A stretch of 64,000 nucleotides of DNA, taken from Candidatus Avidehalobacter gallistercoris. GTDB taxonomy: Bacteria > Bacillota > Dehalobacteriia > UBA4068 > UBA4997. The position numbers were made by a program, and so were the translations under genes. A model generated the notes under the pieces. The model did no database searches and was not told the origin of the DNA. It saw only the letters and a list, made by a program, of their open reading frames with translations. This document shows, one piece after another, positions 37,608 through 47,905 of this stretch; the stretch's first letter is position 1; each line of letters begins with the position of its first letter. The stretch lies in contig DVMH01000022.1 of the NCBI GenBank assembly GCA_018715045.1, positions 10,291 to 74,290 of the forward strand. Reading direction: 5' to 3'.

Positions 37608-38777
37608 ATGGATATGAAAAAGTATCTGAATCGTCAGGTGGCGGCTATTCAGCCATCAGCGATTCGTAAGTTTTTTGATTTGGCGGCGACGATTCCCGAT
37701 GTGGTATCGCTTGGTATTGGTGAACCGGATTTTGCTACGCCCAAACAGTTTTGCGACGCGGGCTACCGCAGTATGCTGGAAGGTAAGACGGGATATTCGC
37801 CGAACCCTGGTATTTTGGAGCTGCGGCAGGCAATTTCCAATTATCTGGCCGGTTTGATCGGCGTTGAATATGACCCGTATAATCAAATTGTGGTCACGGT
37901 TGGCGGTTCAGAGGCGATTGATGCGACTTTCCGCGCTATCATAGAGCCAGGAGACGAGGTTATTATTCCCGAGCCGGCGTTCGTTTCCTACGCGCCCTGC
38001 GTGGAACTGGCCGGCGGCAAGGTGATACATCTACCGCTTACGATGCAGGAGGGTTTCAAGCTTTCACCAGAGCGTCTGGAGGCCGCCATTACGCCGAAAA
38101 CTAAGGCTGTGGTGTTGAATTTCCCCTGCAACCCGACCGGCGTGGTGATGACACAGGAGGAGCTTAACGCGCTGGCTGCGCCGCTGATCAAACATGAGGT
38201 GCTGGCTATTTCTGATGAGATTTATGCCGAGCTGCTCTATGACGGGCGCAAGCACGCCTCGATTGCCGCCGCGCCCGGTATGCAGGATTTGACAGTACTG
38301 ATCTCTGGTTTTTCCAAGTCGCTGGCGATGACCGGCTGGCGTATCGGTTATGTTTGCGCTAACCCGGAGCTTTTGAATGGTATCTACAAGATCCACCAGT
38401 TTTCGATTTCCTGCGCCAGCACCACGGGGCAATATGTGGCGCTGGAGGGCATAGCCCGCGGGCATGCAGAGGTGGAGCGCATGGTTGAGGAATATGACAA
38501 ACGGCGTCAGTTTATTATCCGGCGGTTTGCTGAGATCGGTCTTCCGATGTGCGAGCCGGACGGCGCTTTTTATGCTTTTCCGCAGATTTCAGGCACTGGT
38601 TTATCTTCTGGCGATTTCTGCGAGCAGCTGCTGAAGCAGGAAAAGGTTGCGTGTATTCACGGTTCAGCTTTTGGTGACAGCGGCGAGGGCTTTATCCGAT
38701 GCTCGTATGCTACATCCATGGAAAATATTGCCAGAGCCTGCGACGGCATTGATCGCTTTGTGAACGGACTGAAGTGA
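37608..38777 (+). CDS. Pyridoxal-phosphate-dependent aminotransferase, class I/II (aspartate/aromatic aminotransferase-like)
   Basis: N-terminus (IQPSAIRKFFDLAATIPDVVSLGIGEPDFATP) and the PLP-lysine region SGFSKSLAMTGWRIGY. GGGAGG SD precedes ATG 37608; the track ORF extends 27 codons upstream. Confidence 0.85.
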   Translation: MDMKKYLNRQVAAIQPSAIRKFFDLAATIPDVVSLGIGEPDFATPKQFCDAGYRSMLEGKTGYSPNPGILELRQAISNYLAGLIGVEYDPYNQIVVTVGGSEAIDATFRAIIEPGDEVIIPEPAFVSYAPCVELAGGKVIHLPLTMQEGFKLSPERLEAAITPKTKAVVLNFPCNPTGVVMTQEELNALAAPLIKHEVLAISDEIYAELLYDGRKHASIAAAPGMQDLTVLISGFSKSLAMTGWRIGYVCANPELLNGIYKIHQFSISCASTTGQYVALEGIARGHAEVERMVEEYDKRRQFIIRRFAEIGLPMCEPDGAFYAFPQISGTGLSSGDFCEQLLKQEKVACIHGSAFGDSGEGFIRCSYATSMENIARACDGIDRFVNGLK

Positions 38778-38787
38778 GGCGAGAGCG

Positions 38788-39540
38788 ATGATAATCGAGA
38801 CTGACGAAGATTTGGCGAAGCTGCAAAAAATCGGACGCATTTGTGCGCTGACGCTGCAAGAAATGCTGGCCGCAGTGCGGGCAGGTATGACTACTAAAGA
38901 GCTGGACGAAATGGGCGGCAAGATCCTTGCGCGTTATGGGGCGACATCCGCGCCGATGGCGGTTTATGATTTTCCTGGCTATACTTGTATCAGTATCAAC
39001 AACGAGATTGCACATGGTATTCCAGGCGACCGTGTAATCAAGCCGGGAGATATGGTGAATATTGACGTATCTGCCGAGTTGGACGGCTATTTTGGCGACA
39101 ACGGGGCGACGATGCTGGTGGGCAGCGGCGACCGCATGGGGCAGCGGCTGTTGAAAGCTTCTAAAGAGGCTCTGGCTAACGCGATAACGGCGGCGGTGGC
39201 GGATAGACCTTTGAACCATATTGGCCGTGCGATCGAGAACACGGCGCATCGTCACGGGCTGAAGTTGATCCGTAATCTGTGCGGCCACGGCGTGGGCCAT
39301 ACGCTGCATGACGAACCGGAAATGATTGACAATTATTACGATCCGCGTGACAAACGGCGTCTGGCAGAGGGGCTGGTTATTGCCATTGAGCCGTTCATCA
39401 GCGAGCAGGAGAACATGGTAATGCAGAGCAAGAGAGATGGCTGGACGCTTTACACGCCGCACGGTACGCGTGCCGCGCAGTTTGAACACACTATTGTGGT
39501 AACAAAAAAGCGCCCAATCATTTTGACGCAGGCCGACTAA
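38788..39540 (+). CDS. map: Type I methionine aminopeptidase
   Basis: 250 aa; metal ligand context (GDMVNIDVSAELDGYFGD, LCGHGVGHTLHDEP, IAIEPFISE). Confidence 0.92.
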   Translation: MIIETDEDLAKLQKIGRICALTLQEMLAAVRAGMTTKELDEMGGKILARYGATSAPMAVYDFPGYTCISINNEIAHGIPGDRVIKPGDMVNIDVSAELDGYFGDNGATMLVGSGDRMGQRLLKASKEALANAITAAVADRPLNHIGRAIENTAHRHGLKLIRNLCGHGVGHTLHDEPEMIDNYYDPRDKRRLAEGLVIAIEPFISEQENMVMQSKRDGWTLYTPHGTRAAQFEHTIVVTKKRPIILTQAD

Positions 39541-39587
39541 GACGCGGGCTTTCGGCATATTTTATAATGAAAAGGGAGGTAGATTTT

Positions 39588-40091
39588 ATGGTATTTCAAA
39601 AGGTGAAACTGACGGATTTGAGCCTGAACCCGTTTGGGGCGATTGGAGAGGACTGGATGCTGGTGACGGCGGGCGACGAGCAAAAGGCCAACACCATGAC
39701 GGCCAGTTGGGGTGGTCTGGGCGTGCTTTGGGGCGAGGACGTGGCATTTGTATTTATCCGTCCGCAGCGCTATACCAAGGAATTTATGGATGCAAAAGGC
39801 TGCTTCTCCCTGAGCTTTTTTGACGGTTATAAGCAGGAAATGGGTCTGCTGGGCAGTGTTTCCGGCCGTGATCGGGATAAAATTACCGAGTCGGGGCTGC
39901 ATTTGACCATGCTGGATAATGTTCCGGCGTTTGAGGAAGCGCGGCTGGTGCTGGTGCTGGACACGGTTTATACCGATGAGATCAAACCGGAGAAACTGCC
40001 GCCGGAAATGGTTGCAAAGTGGTATCAGAACAAGGACTTTCATACTGTTTATGTGGCCAGGATCCGTGCCGCTTACTGCTGTGAGGACTAA
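39588..40091 (+). CDS. Flavin reductase-like domain protein (FMN-binding split-barrel)
   Basis: Pattern NPFGAIGEDWMLVTAGDEQKANTMTASWGGLGVLWGEDVAFVFIRPQRYT matches the flavin reductase-like domain. AAAGGGAGGT SD precedes ATG 39588. Confidence 0.65.
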   Translation: MVFQKVKLTDLSLNPFGAIGEDWMLVTAGDEQKANTMTASWGGLGVLWGEDVAFVFIRPQRYTKEFMDAKGCFSLSFFDGYKQEMGLLGSVSGRDRDKITESGLHLTMLDNVPAFEEARLVLVLDTVYTDEIKPEKLPPEMVAKWYQNKDFHTVYVARIRAAYCCED

Positions 40092-40159
40092 GCGCGTTTT
40101 AATTCAATCAGACAAAAACCGGGCATTTCCGCAGGGGAGCGCCCGGTAATTTTTATGTT

Positions 40160-40858
40160 TTAATAATGCGCTTTGCGGCGCAGGCGGCGTTCGCGCTCTT
40201 TTTGCCTCTGGCTTTTGATGGCACGATTGATCAGGTAAGGTATCAGAGAAAGCACAAAACCCAACAGAGCGGAGCCAGCTGTCAGAATGATTTTAAGCAG
40301 AAGCATGGTGAATTTGAACTCTGAAAGCTCAAATAGATGCAGTGAGACAGCGATGCTGGTGGCCAGATATGCGCCGGCGATGACATAAACTGGCATAAGG
40401 CTTTGACGCTTGACCACCGCGCCCGCCCAAAAGCTGCCGCAGAAAACGGCCAGGCAGTACATAGCAGTGCTGGCGTAGACATTAACGTCGCCGGGGAGCC
40501 CGCGCGAGAAGCAATATGTACCATACAACCCCGTGGCGGCCAGAAGAACAACGGCAGAGACAAACAGTCCTGAAATAATGGCGACGATGACTGGCGGACG
40601 TTTTGGTTTGCCACGATTTGTGGCGGTGCGCCGCGTTTTCGGTGGATCTTCCTGCGGCGGTTCCGGCCGGGGAACAGGCTTGGGCGGCGGTGGAGCATAC
40701 TTTGGTGTTTCTGCCTTGCGCTCGGCTTCCCGCGCCAAATTGCGGCGGGCACGCTCCAGAGATGATACGTGCAGCAAAAAATCGCCCGCATCGCTTGCCA
40801 GAGCAGGGGCATGTTTGCTATAATCAATACTATAATTATTCAGGCTGATATTTTTCAT
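40160..40858 (-). CDS. Hypothetical membrane protein: cytoplasmic N-terminus, Pro-rich basic linker, four predicted TM helices
   Basis: 232-aa ORF in coding-like GC; PPPPKPVPRPEPPQEDPPKTRR linker followed by hydrophobic segments. No recognisable family. Confidence 0.55.
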   Translation of the reverse strand: MKNISLNNYSIDYSKHAPALASDAGDFLLHVSSLERARRNLAREAERKAETPKYAPPPPKPVPRPEPPQEDPPKTRRTATNRGKPKRPPVIVAIISGLFVSAVVLLAATGLYGTYCFSRGLPGDVNVYASTAMYCLAVFCGSFWAGAVVKRQSLMPVYVIAGAYLATSIAVSLHLFELSEFKFTMLLLKIILTAGSALLGFVLSLIPYLINRAIKSQRQKERERRLRRKAHY

Positions 40859-40962
40859 GCTTGCACCATATTACAAAAAACTCTATAAAATTATTAAATT
40901 CGCGATGGGCGACGGTTTTTCCTGCTCGTATGATAAGATTTGCCGCGCTGCCGGGGAGGTAT

Positions 40963-42138
40963 ATGATGGAAGAACAAAAACTGCTGTTGTTTGCCGGTCT
41001 GCTGGAGGACGATTTTGTGCGCGCGCTGGCGAGGCATGATGATAACGCTGCTACGCGAGCGCTGTGTCAGCAACTTTGCAAGGGCGGGTTGGGCTGGCGC
41101 CCGGTGGAAAATTACGTGCTTTGGCTACTGTTGAAAGAGCCGAGTCTGCTTGCTTTGCGGGCGGCGGCGGGAGAGTATCTTGCCGCGTCATTAATGGCTC
41201 AGGCGGCGGTGGAGATAGCCGTGCTGCAAGGATGGCTGCAAGCTTGTCATAAGCCGGACTGGTTACAGAGTGCTGACGACCCGGATTGGCTGCCCGACAG
41301 TCTGACATCATGGGTGACGGATCAGGCTGATCATGTAGCTGAGAATCTGGCAGGTTTTTACCAGCGCTTTGGGTTTGGCGAGCTGGCGCTGCACCGTGTT
41401 TGGCGCTGGGATGGCAGGCTTACGCCTGTGCATGATTTTGACGCGATTACTCTTTCCGATTTGATTGGCTATCAAAGCCAGAAAGAAGAGGTGATGCAGA
41501 ACACCCGGCTTTTTGTGCGCACCGGGCGTGGCAATAATCTGCTGCTTTACGGAGCGCGCGGCACCGGCAAGTCTTCCCTGATCAAGGCGGTGGCGAATGA
41601 ACTGGCAGCAGAGGGGCTTTGTCTGGTGGAGCTGCCGCTTGACCGCATTGCCGATTTGCCGCATTTGCAGGCAGTGCTTAGCCGTCAGCCGCGTCATTAC
41701 ATTATTTATATCGACGATCTTTCGTTTGAGAAAGCTGATCAGGATTATAAACTGACCAAGGCGGTTCTGGAAGGAAGTGTGGCCGCTCTTGGCGGAAACG
41801 TGTTGATCTATGCCACTTCTAACCGGCGGCATTTGATCGTGGAGAACTGGCAGGATCGCGAGGGCGCGCGGCATGAAAACGGCGAGGTGCGCGCTGCCGA
41901 TAGCATGAGCGAGAAGCTTTCGCTGGCTGACCGCTTCGGCCAGACGGTGTTATTTACCACGCCGAATCAGGAGGAATATCTGCGCATTGTGGCTGCCTTG
42001 GCGGAGGCGGACGGTGTAACGCTGCCCCAGGCGGAGCTTAGGGAAAGGGCGCTGCAATGGGCTCTTTGGCAGAATGGTTGCAGCGGACGCACGGCGCGGC
42101 AGTTTGTGAACAGCCTTACGGCAGGGGGTGTGAAATAA
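40963..42138 (+). CDS. DUF815-family P-loop ATPase (AAA-like)
   Basis: Walker A (LLLYGARGTGKSSLIKAV) and Walker B (HYIIYIDDLSFE). GGGGAGGT SD precedes ATG 40963; the track ORF start (40861) would abut the divergent gene. Confidence 0.65.
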   Translation: MMEEQKLLLFAGLLEDDFVRALARHDDNAATRALCQQLCKGGLGWRPVENYVLWLLLKEPSLLALRAAAGEYLAASLMAQAAVEIAVLQGWLQACHKPDWLQSADDPDWLPDSLTSWVTDQADHVAENLAGFYQRFGFGELALHRVWRWDGRLTPVHDFDAITLSDLIGYQSQKEEVMQNTRLFVRTGRGNNLLLYGARGTGKSSLIKAVANELAAEGLCLVELPLDRIADLPHLQAVLSRQPRHYIIYIDDLSFEKADQDYKLTKAVLEGSVAALGGNVLIYATSNRRHLIVENWQDREGARHENGEVRAADSMSEKLSLADRFGQTVLFTTPNQEEYLRIVAALAEADGVTLPQAELRERALQWALWQNGCSGRTARQFVNSLTAGGVK

Positions 42139-42431
42139 TGGAGCTTAACTGGCAGGCGCTGGCACTGGGCGCAGTTAGTTTCCTGATCATTGGTTTGTTC
42201 CACCCACTGGTCATCAAAGGGGAATATTACTTTGGCAAGCGCATTTGGCCGCTTTTTGCGCTCTTTGGCGCGGGTTTTTTGGTGCTGGCGTTGCTGCTTT
42301 CTTCTGCCTTTTGGGGTACGGTGGCCGCGCTGGTGGCTTTCTCCTGTTTTTGGAGCATTAAGGAACTCTTTGAGCAGGAACAGCGGGTGCAGCGTGGCTG
42401 GTTTCCTGCTAATCCCAAGCGGACAAAATAG
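42139..42431 (+). CDS. Small integral membrane protein (about 97 aa, three TM segments), translationally coupled to the upstream ATPase
   Basis: Its ATG immediately follows the TAA stop of the ATPase gene; hydrophobic segments LALGAVSFLIIGLF, LFALFGAGFLVLALLL, VAALVAFSCFW. Confidence 0.5.
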
Positions 42432-42866
42432 AAAGCTTGTTATGCATATATATAGCAATAGAAATCAAAAATGCTATACAGTAAAACCTGGCAGCACAGG
42501 CAGAAAAGCGAGATGTCCTGGTCAATAGAGAGAACTGCCGGAATAAAAACAACAGCAGTTACGCTTACTTTTTCAAGTACGCTTTTGGCAACTATGCCAA
42601 ATGTTGTATTGTCAGCAATGTTTGGTTGCCTGTCAAGCTGTTTTGCACGCCTGCTTAAAAATGATATTCGCGATTGTTTAGTCAATTTTGTGCTGTACCT
42701 TTATTAGAAATAATACGATTTATTTTTCATACTTTCGGCAATATTAACTTACGCACTAAATTATAACTCATATGAGATATGCTGTCAAGTTCAAGTTAAT
42801 ACTACAATATATTTCAAATAAGTTATAAAATTAAGTTAGTAAACGCCGGAGGGGGTGTGCAGGCAT

Positions 42867-43175
42867 ATGGATATCATTGGCAAGCTGCGGCATCTCATGG
42901 AGCAGAAGGGCTGGACGGAGTATCGGCTGGCTAAGGAGGCCGGGCTGTCGCAGTCTACCATAGCCAATATTTTTCACCGCCAAACATTGCCTTCGATTCC
43001 GACTCTGCAAACGCTTTGCCAGGCATTTGGCATAACACTCAGTCAGTTTTTTGCCGAAAATGAACCGGTGGCTTTGTCTGCTGAGCAGACGAAAATGCTT
43101 GCCGCGTATTCCTGTCTGACGCCTAAGCGGCAAAAGCTGGTTGCTGCAATGATAGAGGAACTGCAGATAAAATAA
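42867..43175 (+). CDS. XRE-family helix-turn-helix transcriptional regulator
   Basis: HTH_XRE signature (LRHLMEQKGWTEYRLAKEAGLSQSTIANI). GGAGGGGG SD precedes ATG 42867. Confidence 0.75.
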   Translation: MDIIGKLRHLMEQKGWTEYRLAKEAGLSQSTIANIFHRQTLPSIPTLQTLCQAFGITLSQFFAENEPVALSAEQTKMLAAYSCLTPKRQKLVAAMIEELQIK

Positions 43176-43210
43176 AGCCCTGCCATTAGGCAGGGCTTTT
43201 TGTTTATACC

Positions 43211-43870
43211 TTAGTATGCTATTATCAATCCATCAATGCGCTGGAAATCGTTATCGGTGATGACATAATAGCCGTCGTCATCCTGTGCTATCTGTACCGA
43301 AATGGTCTCCGGGTCAAGATAGCTGATATTGTCAAGGCGGGCAGAAATCAGTGTCACAATTTCGTGCGACCAGGCTCGTTCAAACTCTTCGTCGGTATAA
43401 AGATCAAACTCACCGGTATCCAGACGGTTCTGCCAGCTGTCAAGGAACGCATCGCTGTCTTCATCGGTGAACTTCTGTATAATGTCCATCGGGTAAATCG
43501 TCAGCTCCACCAGATAAGTGTCGCTGTTGCGGGTAACTTCGCCTACCTCATATTTGCTGTGCTGGTATATCTGCTTATACATATCGAGAATCTCCTGCTG
43601 CGCGCTAATGTTCAGCGCGTTCCAGTCCACATCGAAATAATCGCAGAAGAAAGCCGCCTCGGTTTCTATACCTTCTTGATAGGTTGCCTCGGCCTCTTCC
43701 CGGGTCATTTCAACCGAAGCCAGATATTCCTCGTCGTATGTACCCAGATAGATAACGTCCAGATTGCCTTGCAGCAACGCCTTTGCGTCGAAACCACCGC
43801 AGGACGTAAGCGAGAGCAGCCCCAGCAGCAATATGCTCACCAAAGCTGTAAGGCGTGTTTTTTTCATCAT
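43211..43870 (-). CDS. Hypothetical lipoprotein
   Basis: Signal peptide with lipobox (MMKKTRLTALVSILLLGLLSLTSC); acidic mature domain; GC about 50%, lower than surroundings. Lies 15 nt downstream of the tyrS stop. Confidence 0.6.
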   Translation of the reverse strand: MMKKTRLTALVSILLLGLLSLTSCGGFDAKALLQGNLDVIYLGTYDEEYLASVEMTREEAEATYQEGIETEAAFFCDYFDVDWNALNISAQQEILDMYKQIYQHSKYEVGEVTRNSDTYLVELTIYPMDIIQKFTDEDSDAFLDSWQNRLDTGEFDLYTDEEFERAWSHEIVTLISARLDNISYLDPETISVQIAQDDDGYYVITDNDFQRIDGLIIAY

Positions 43871-43885
43871 TTTAATTCGCCTCTT

Positions 43886-45121
43886 CTAGTTTTTAATCGT
43901 TACTTGATGATAGACCTTTTTGCCCTTGCGCAACAGCAGTTTGCCATCGGAAAAATCCGCCGCCGTAATCAGTCGGGTGTGGTCAGACACACGCTCGCCG
44001 TTCAGATAAACGCCACCGTCGGCAATAAGACGCCGCCCTTCACCGTTGCTTTTGATCAGGCCGCATAGAGTCATAAGTCTCAGAATATCCATTTCCGCCA
44101 GCTCTGCCGTTGCAAATTCAGTGCCGGGCAAGTTGTCGCCTGCCGCTGCGCCGCCAAAAAGCTGACGGCTGGCTGTCTCGGCTTTGTCGGCCTCGTCTTT
44201 GCCATGTACCAGCCTGGTCACTTCATAGGCCAGCTTCTGCTTGGCTTCGTTAATGGCGGAGTCTTTAAGCGCACCCAAACGGCGCACCTCGTCCATCGGT
44301 AGAAATGTCAGAAGCGCCAGACAGTTGGCCACGTCGGCGTCGTCGATGTTGCGCCAGTATTGATAAAATTCGTAGGGTGAGGTTTTGTTAGCGTCCAGCC
44401 AGAGGGCGCCGCTTTCAGTTTTGCCCATTTTCTTGCCCTGGCTGTTGGTCAGCAGCTTAAACGTCAGTCCGTAGACCTGTTTGCCGTCCATACGGCGATT
44501 CAGTTCGACTCCGCCAATGATGTTGCTCCATTGATCATTGCCGCCCATTTGCATCTGGCAGTTATACTTGCGCTGCAACATCACAAAGTCATAGCTCTGC
44601 ATCAGCATATAGTTGAACTCGAAAAACGACAGACCGCGTTCCATGCGGTTTTTGAAACATTCCGCCGCCAGCATTCGATTGACAGAGAAATGCACTCCCA
44701 CCTCACGGATAAAATCGACGTAATTCAAGCTCAGCAGCCAGTCTCCGTTATTTACCATAATGGCGCGGTTGGGGATATCGCTGTCAAAGTCAATAAAACG
44801 ACTCATCTGCTTTTTGAATTTGGCGATATTGTCCAAAATGGTCTGCTGGGTCATCATTTTGCGCATATCGGTGCGGCCAGAGGGGTCGCCAATCATGCCG
44901 GTGCCGCCGCCAAACAGAGCGATAGGGCGATGCCCCGCCCGCTGCATATGCGCCATTACCATGATTTGAATAAAATGGCCGACATGCAGGCTATCCGCCG
45001 TGGGGTCGAAGCCGATGTAAAACGTCACGCTTTCGCGCCCCAGCAGGTCACGTACGCCGGGGTCGGTGTATTGCTCGATAAAGCCGCGTTCTTCCAGTAA
45101 ATCGTATACGTTGCTTGTCAT
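43886..45121 (-). CDS. tyrS: Tyrosine--tRNA ligase
   Basis: Class-I motifs HVGH (...[15 protein letters not shown]) and KMSKS (KMGKTESG), with a C-terminal S4 domain. Confidence 0.92.
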   Translation of the reverse strand: MTSNVYDLLEERGFIEQYTDPGVRDLLGRESVTFYIGFDPTADSLHVGHFIQIMVMAHMQRAGHRPIALFGGGTGMIGDPSGRTDMRKMMTQQTILDNIAKFKKQMSRFIDFDSDIPNRAIMVNNGDWLLSLNYVDFIREVGVHFSVNRMLAAECFKNRMERGLSFFEFNYMLMQSYDFVMLQRKYNCQMQMGGNDQWSNIIGGVELNRRMDGKQVYGLTFKLLTNSQGKKMGKTESGALWLDANKTSPYEFYQYWRNIDDADVANCLALLTFLPMDEVRRLGALKDSAINEAKQKLAYEVTRLVHGKDEADKAETASRQLFGGAAAGDNLPGTEFATAELAEMDILRLMTLCGLIKSNGEGRRLIADGGVYLNGERVSDHTRLITAADFSDGKLLLRKGKKVYHQVTIKN

Positions 45122-45144
45122 GAAACAAATTGCTCCTTCAGAAT

Positions 45145-46095
45145 TTAGTCAAACAGACGGCTGACTGACATATTCTCGTGAATACGCAGGATGGTTTCGC
45201 TTAACAGGGGGGCGATGGAAACCGTCTGGATTTTATTGCTTTCGCCGCAGATCTCAGGACGCAGCGGAATGGTATTGGTAGTCAGCACCTCCTTGAGCGC
45301 CGATGCGTTAATGCGCTCCAGTGCGGGCGGAGTGAAAATAGCGTGGGTGCAGCAGGCGTAAACCTCGTTGGCGCCCGCCTGGTCGCGCAGGAAGTTGGCG
45401 CCCTGTGAGATCGTTCCTGCCGTGTCGATCATATCGTCCACCATAATAACATTCTTGCCGGAAACATCGCCGATTACACCCATAACCTCTGATTTATTTG
45501 GCTCTGGGCGGCGTTTATCAATGATTGCCAGCGAGCAGTTCAGCCGCTCCGCCAGATTGCGGGCGCGGGTCACGCCGCCGATATCAGGCGAGGCCACCAC
45601 CAGATTGTCAATGTTTTTTCTTTTATAATATTCCGCCAGGATGGGCACGGCTGGCAGATGATCCACCGGAATATCAAAGAAGCCCTGAATTGCGTTGGTG
45701 TGCAGATCCACCGCCACCATACGGTCCGCGCCGGCGGCTGTCAACAGGTTGGCCACCAATTTGGCTGAGATCGGATCGCGCGCCTTTTGCTTGCGCTCCT
45801 GCCGGGCATAGCCATAATACGGAATAACCGCTGTTACCGAGCTGGCCGAAGCGCGCTTCATCGCGTCTACCATGATCAAAAGCTCCATCAGGCTTTCGTT
45901 GACCGGGGTGCAGGTGGATTGAATGATGAAAACGTCGTTGCCGCGCACGCTTTCGCCGATCTCCAGACGCACCTCGCCGTCCTTAAAGCGGGATACCTTG
46001 GCCGACCCCAACTTTATTTGCAGATAATTGGCGATTTCCGTGGCCAGCGCCGGGTTAGCGTTGCCCGTAAAAATCTTTAATGCGGAACCACTCAT
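45145..46095 (-). CDS. prs: Ribose-phosphate pyrophosphokinase
   Basis: [20 protein letters not shown]...[24 protein letters not shown], and the PRPP-binding loop [12 protein letters not shown]. Confidence 0.95.
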   Translation of the reverse strand: MSGSALKIFTGNANPALATEIANYLQIKLGSAKVSRFKDGEVRLEIGESVRGNDVFIIQSTCTPVNESLMELLIMVDAMKRASASSVTAVIPYYGYARQERKQKARDPISAKLVANLLTAAGADRMVAVDLHTNAIQGFFDIPVDHLPAVPILAEYYKRKNIDNLVVASPDIGGVTRARNLAERLNCSLAIIDKRRPEPNKSEVMGVIGDVSGKNVIMVDDMIDTAGTISQGANFLRDQAGANEVYACCTHAIFTPPALERINASALKEVLTTNTIPLRPEICGESNKIQTVSIAPLLSETILRIHENMSVSRLFD

Positions 46096-46228
46096 GTTTA
46101 CTAATACCTCCCCTATAAAATAACCAAAATGCGCTGTCCGGAGGACAGACTTTTATACATATATAACATTCCGCAAAATTCGTCTTTTTCCTCTAAAATG
46201 AAGTACAAATTTAGCGGAAATCCGCAAT

Positions 46229-47629
46229 TTATTTCGCTGCTTTTTTTGCGGCCAGCGCCTTGGGGCTTTTTTTCTCAGCCCAGCCTTTGACTTCCTTTTG
46301 ATGCGAGCGTTCTACCGCCAGCGCTCCGGGGGCGACTTCACGCGTGATGGTGCTGCCTGCGCCTATGAACGCCCCCGTGCCCACCGTTACCGGGGCAATG
46401 AGATTGGTATTGCTGCCGATGAAAACGTCGTCGCCGATGGTTGTGCGATGTTTGCTGACGCCGTCATAGTTGCAGGTTATCGTGCCGCAGCCGATATTGA
46501 CGCCGCCGCCCATATCGGTGTCGCCGATGTAAGATAGGTGAGGCACCTTGCTGCCGTCGCCGATAACAGAGTTTTTGATCTCGGCAAAGTCGCCGATTTT
46601 TACGTTATTGCCTAATTTTGTGCCGGGGCGTAGATAGGCGAAGGGGCCGATATTGGCGTTATCGCCTACCGCTGCCTGAGTCAGCACGCATTTGGTAAGA
46701 TGGCAGCCTGCGCCCAGTATGCTGTCGGTAATGATACAGTCGCTGTCGATAACACAATTTGCGCCGATATGCGTATCGCCTCTCAACTGACAACCGGGGT
46801 AGATTACGGTATCCTGTCCAACTGTCACTTGCTGGTCGATGTAGCATGCGGCCGGGTTGATAAGCGTCACGCCGGCAAGCATCAGCTCTCGTGCCTTGCG
46901 ACGGTATAGCTCAGCGGCGGCAAATGCCAACTGCGTCCGGTCATTTACACCGGTTGTCTCCACCGGATCGGGTGTGGTAAAGGAGTCAATGTTCCCACCG
47001 TCTGCAGCGATAATTTTGATAACATCGGTCAGGTAGTATTCGCCCTGAGCATTATTGTTGGTAAGCCGGGCAAGCGCATTCTTCAGCACCGGAAATTTGA
47101 AGATATACGCTCCGGTGTTGATTTCCGTTATTGCTTTTTGCGCAGGCGTGGCGTCTTTTTCTTCAACGATTTCAGAGACGCTGCCGTTGTTGCTGCGGAT
47201 AATGCGGCCATAGCCGGTGGGGTCGGGCATTTGGGCGGTGAGGATCAGGCCATCCACCCCGGTTTTGCAGAATTCTTCCTGCATATTTTGCAGTGTTTCT
47301 GCCGTCAATAGCGGCGTGTCGCCGCAGACGATCAGAGCAGCTTCGCAATCGGCGGGGATATGGGGCAACGCCTGCTGTACGCAGTGGCCGGTGCCGAGCT
47401 GCGGCATTTGCAAGGCAAAATGCAGATTTTCCGCTCGGGGTAGGCTTTGGCGCACCTCCTCCGCGCCGTGGCCGACAACTATGCAGCAATCATCAATGCC
47501 AGCTGAACGTACCTGGTGCAGTACTTGCGCCAGCATGGTGCGCCCGCCTGCTTTATGCAGCACTTTGGGCAGTTTAGATTTCATACGCGTACCTTTACCT
47601 GCTGCCAGAATAATTGCAATAGTTTTCAT
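46229..47629 (-). CDS. glmU: Bifunctional UDP-N-acetylglucosamine pyrophosphorylase / glucosamine-1-phosphate N-acetyltransferase
   Basis: N-terminal LAAGKGTRMKS nucleotidyltransferase motif; C-terminal left-handed beta-helix hexapeptide repeats. Confidence 0.92.
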   Translation of the reverse strand: MKTIAIILAAGKGTRMKSKLPKVLHKAGGRTMLAQVLHQVRSAGIDDCCIVVGHGAEEVRQSLPRAENLHFALQMPQLGTGHCVQQALPHIPADCEAALIVCGDTPLLTAETLQNMQEEFCKTGVDGLILTAQMPDPTGYGRIIRSNNGSVSEIVEEKDATPAQKAITEINTGAYIFKFPVLKNALARLTNNNAQGEYYLTDVIKIIAADGGNIDSFTTPDPVETTGVNDRTQLAFAAAELYRRKARELMLAGVTLINPAACYIDQQVTVGQDTVIYPGCQLRGDTHIGANCVIDSDCIITDSILGAGCHLTKCVLTQAAVGDNANIGPFAYLRPGTKLGNNVKIGDFAEIKNSVIGDGSKVPHLSYIGDTDMGGGVNIGCGTITCNYDGVSKHRTTIGDDVFIGSNTNLIAPVTVGTGAFIGAGSTITREVAPGALAVERSHQKEVKGWAEKKSPKALAAKKAAK

Positions 47630-47905
47630 ATGTAATAGGCTCCTTTTTCTGTGCTTGATAAACTAAGTATAGCATAGTTTGAAAAAAAAATCAGCGTCAA
47701 AGCCAATTTTTTGCCAAAAAGGGCTGGTAAAAGCCCAAAAATAGAGTTATTATAAAGTGTACGGGCTGAATTGCCCAGTAATTCTGACTGAAAGAGGTGA
47801 AAGCTGTGGAGGGCGACCCTGGAAGTATTTATCGAATAACCAAAAAACAGGGGGCGAGCCGCCGCTGCTTTTAAGGCTTTCCCCTGACATAAGGAGGAAT
47901 GCCGT

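Noticed and set aside
42471-42707. 78-aa ORF in the AT-rich tract upstream of the XRE regulator
   Set aside because: No RBS, atypical composition, and located in a 35%-GC tract that behaves like non-coding DNA; kept only as part of the islet finding.
47630-47905. Possible M-box (Mg2+) riboswitch ahead of corA
   Set aside because: Intergenic region is only about 275 nt and lacks the conserved M-box core sequences; it more likely holds divergent glmU/corA promoters.
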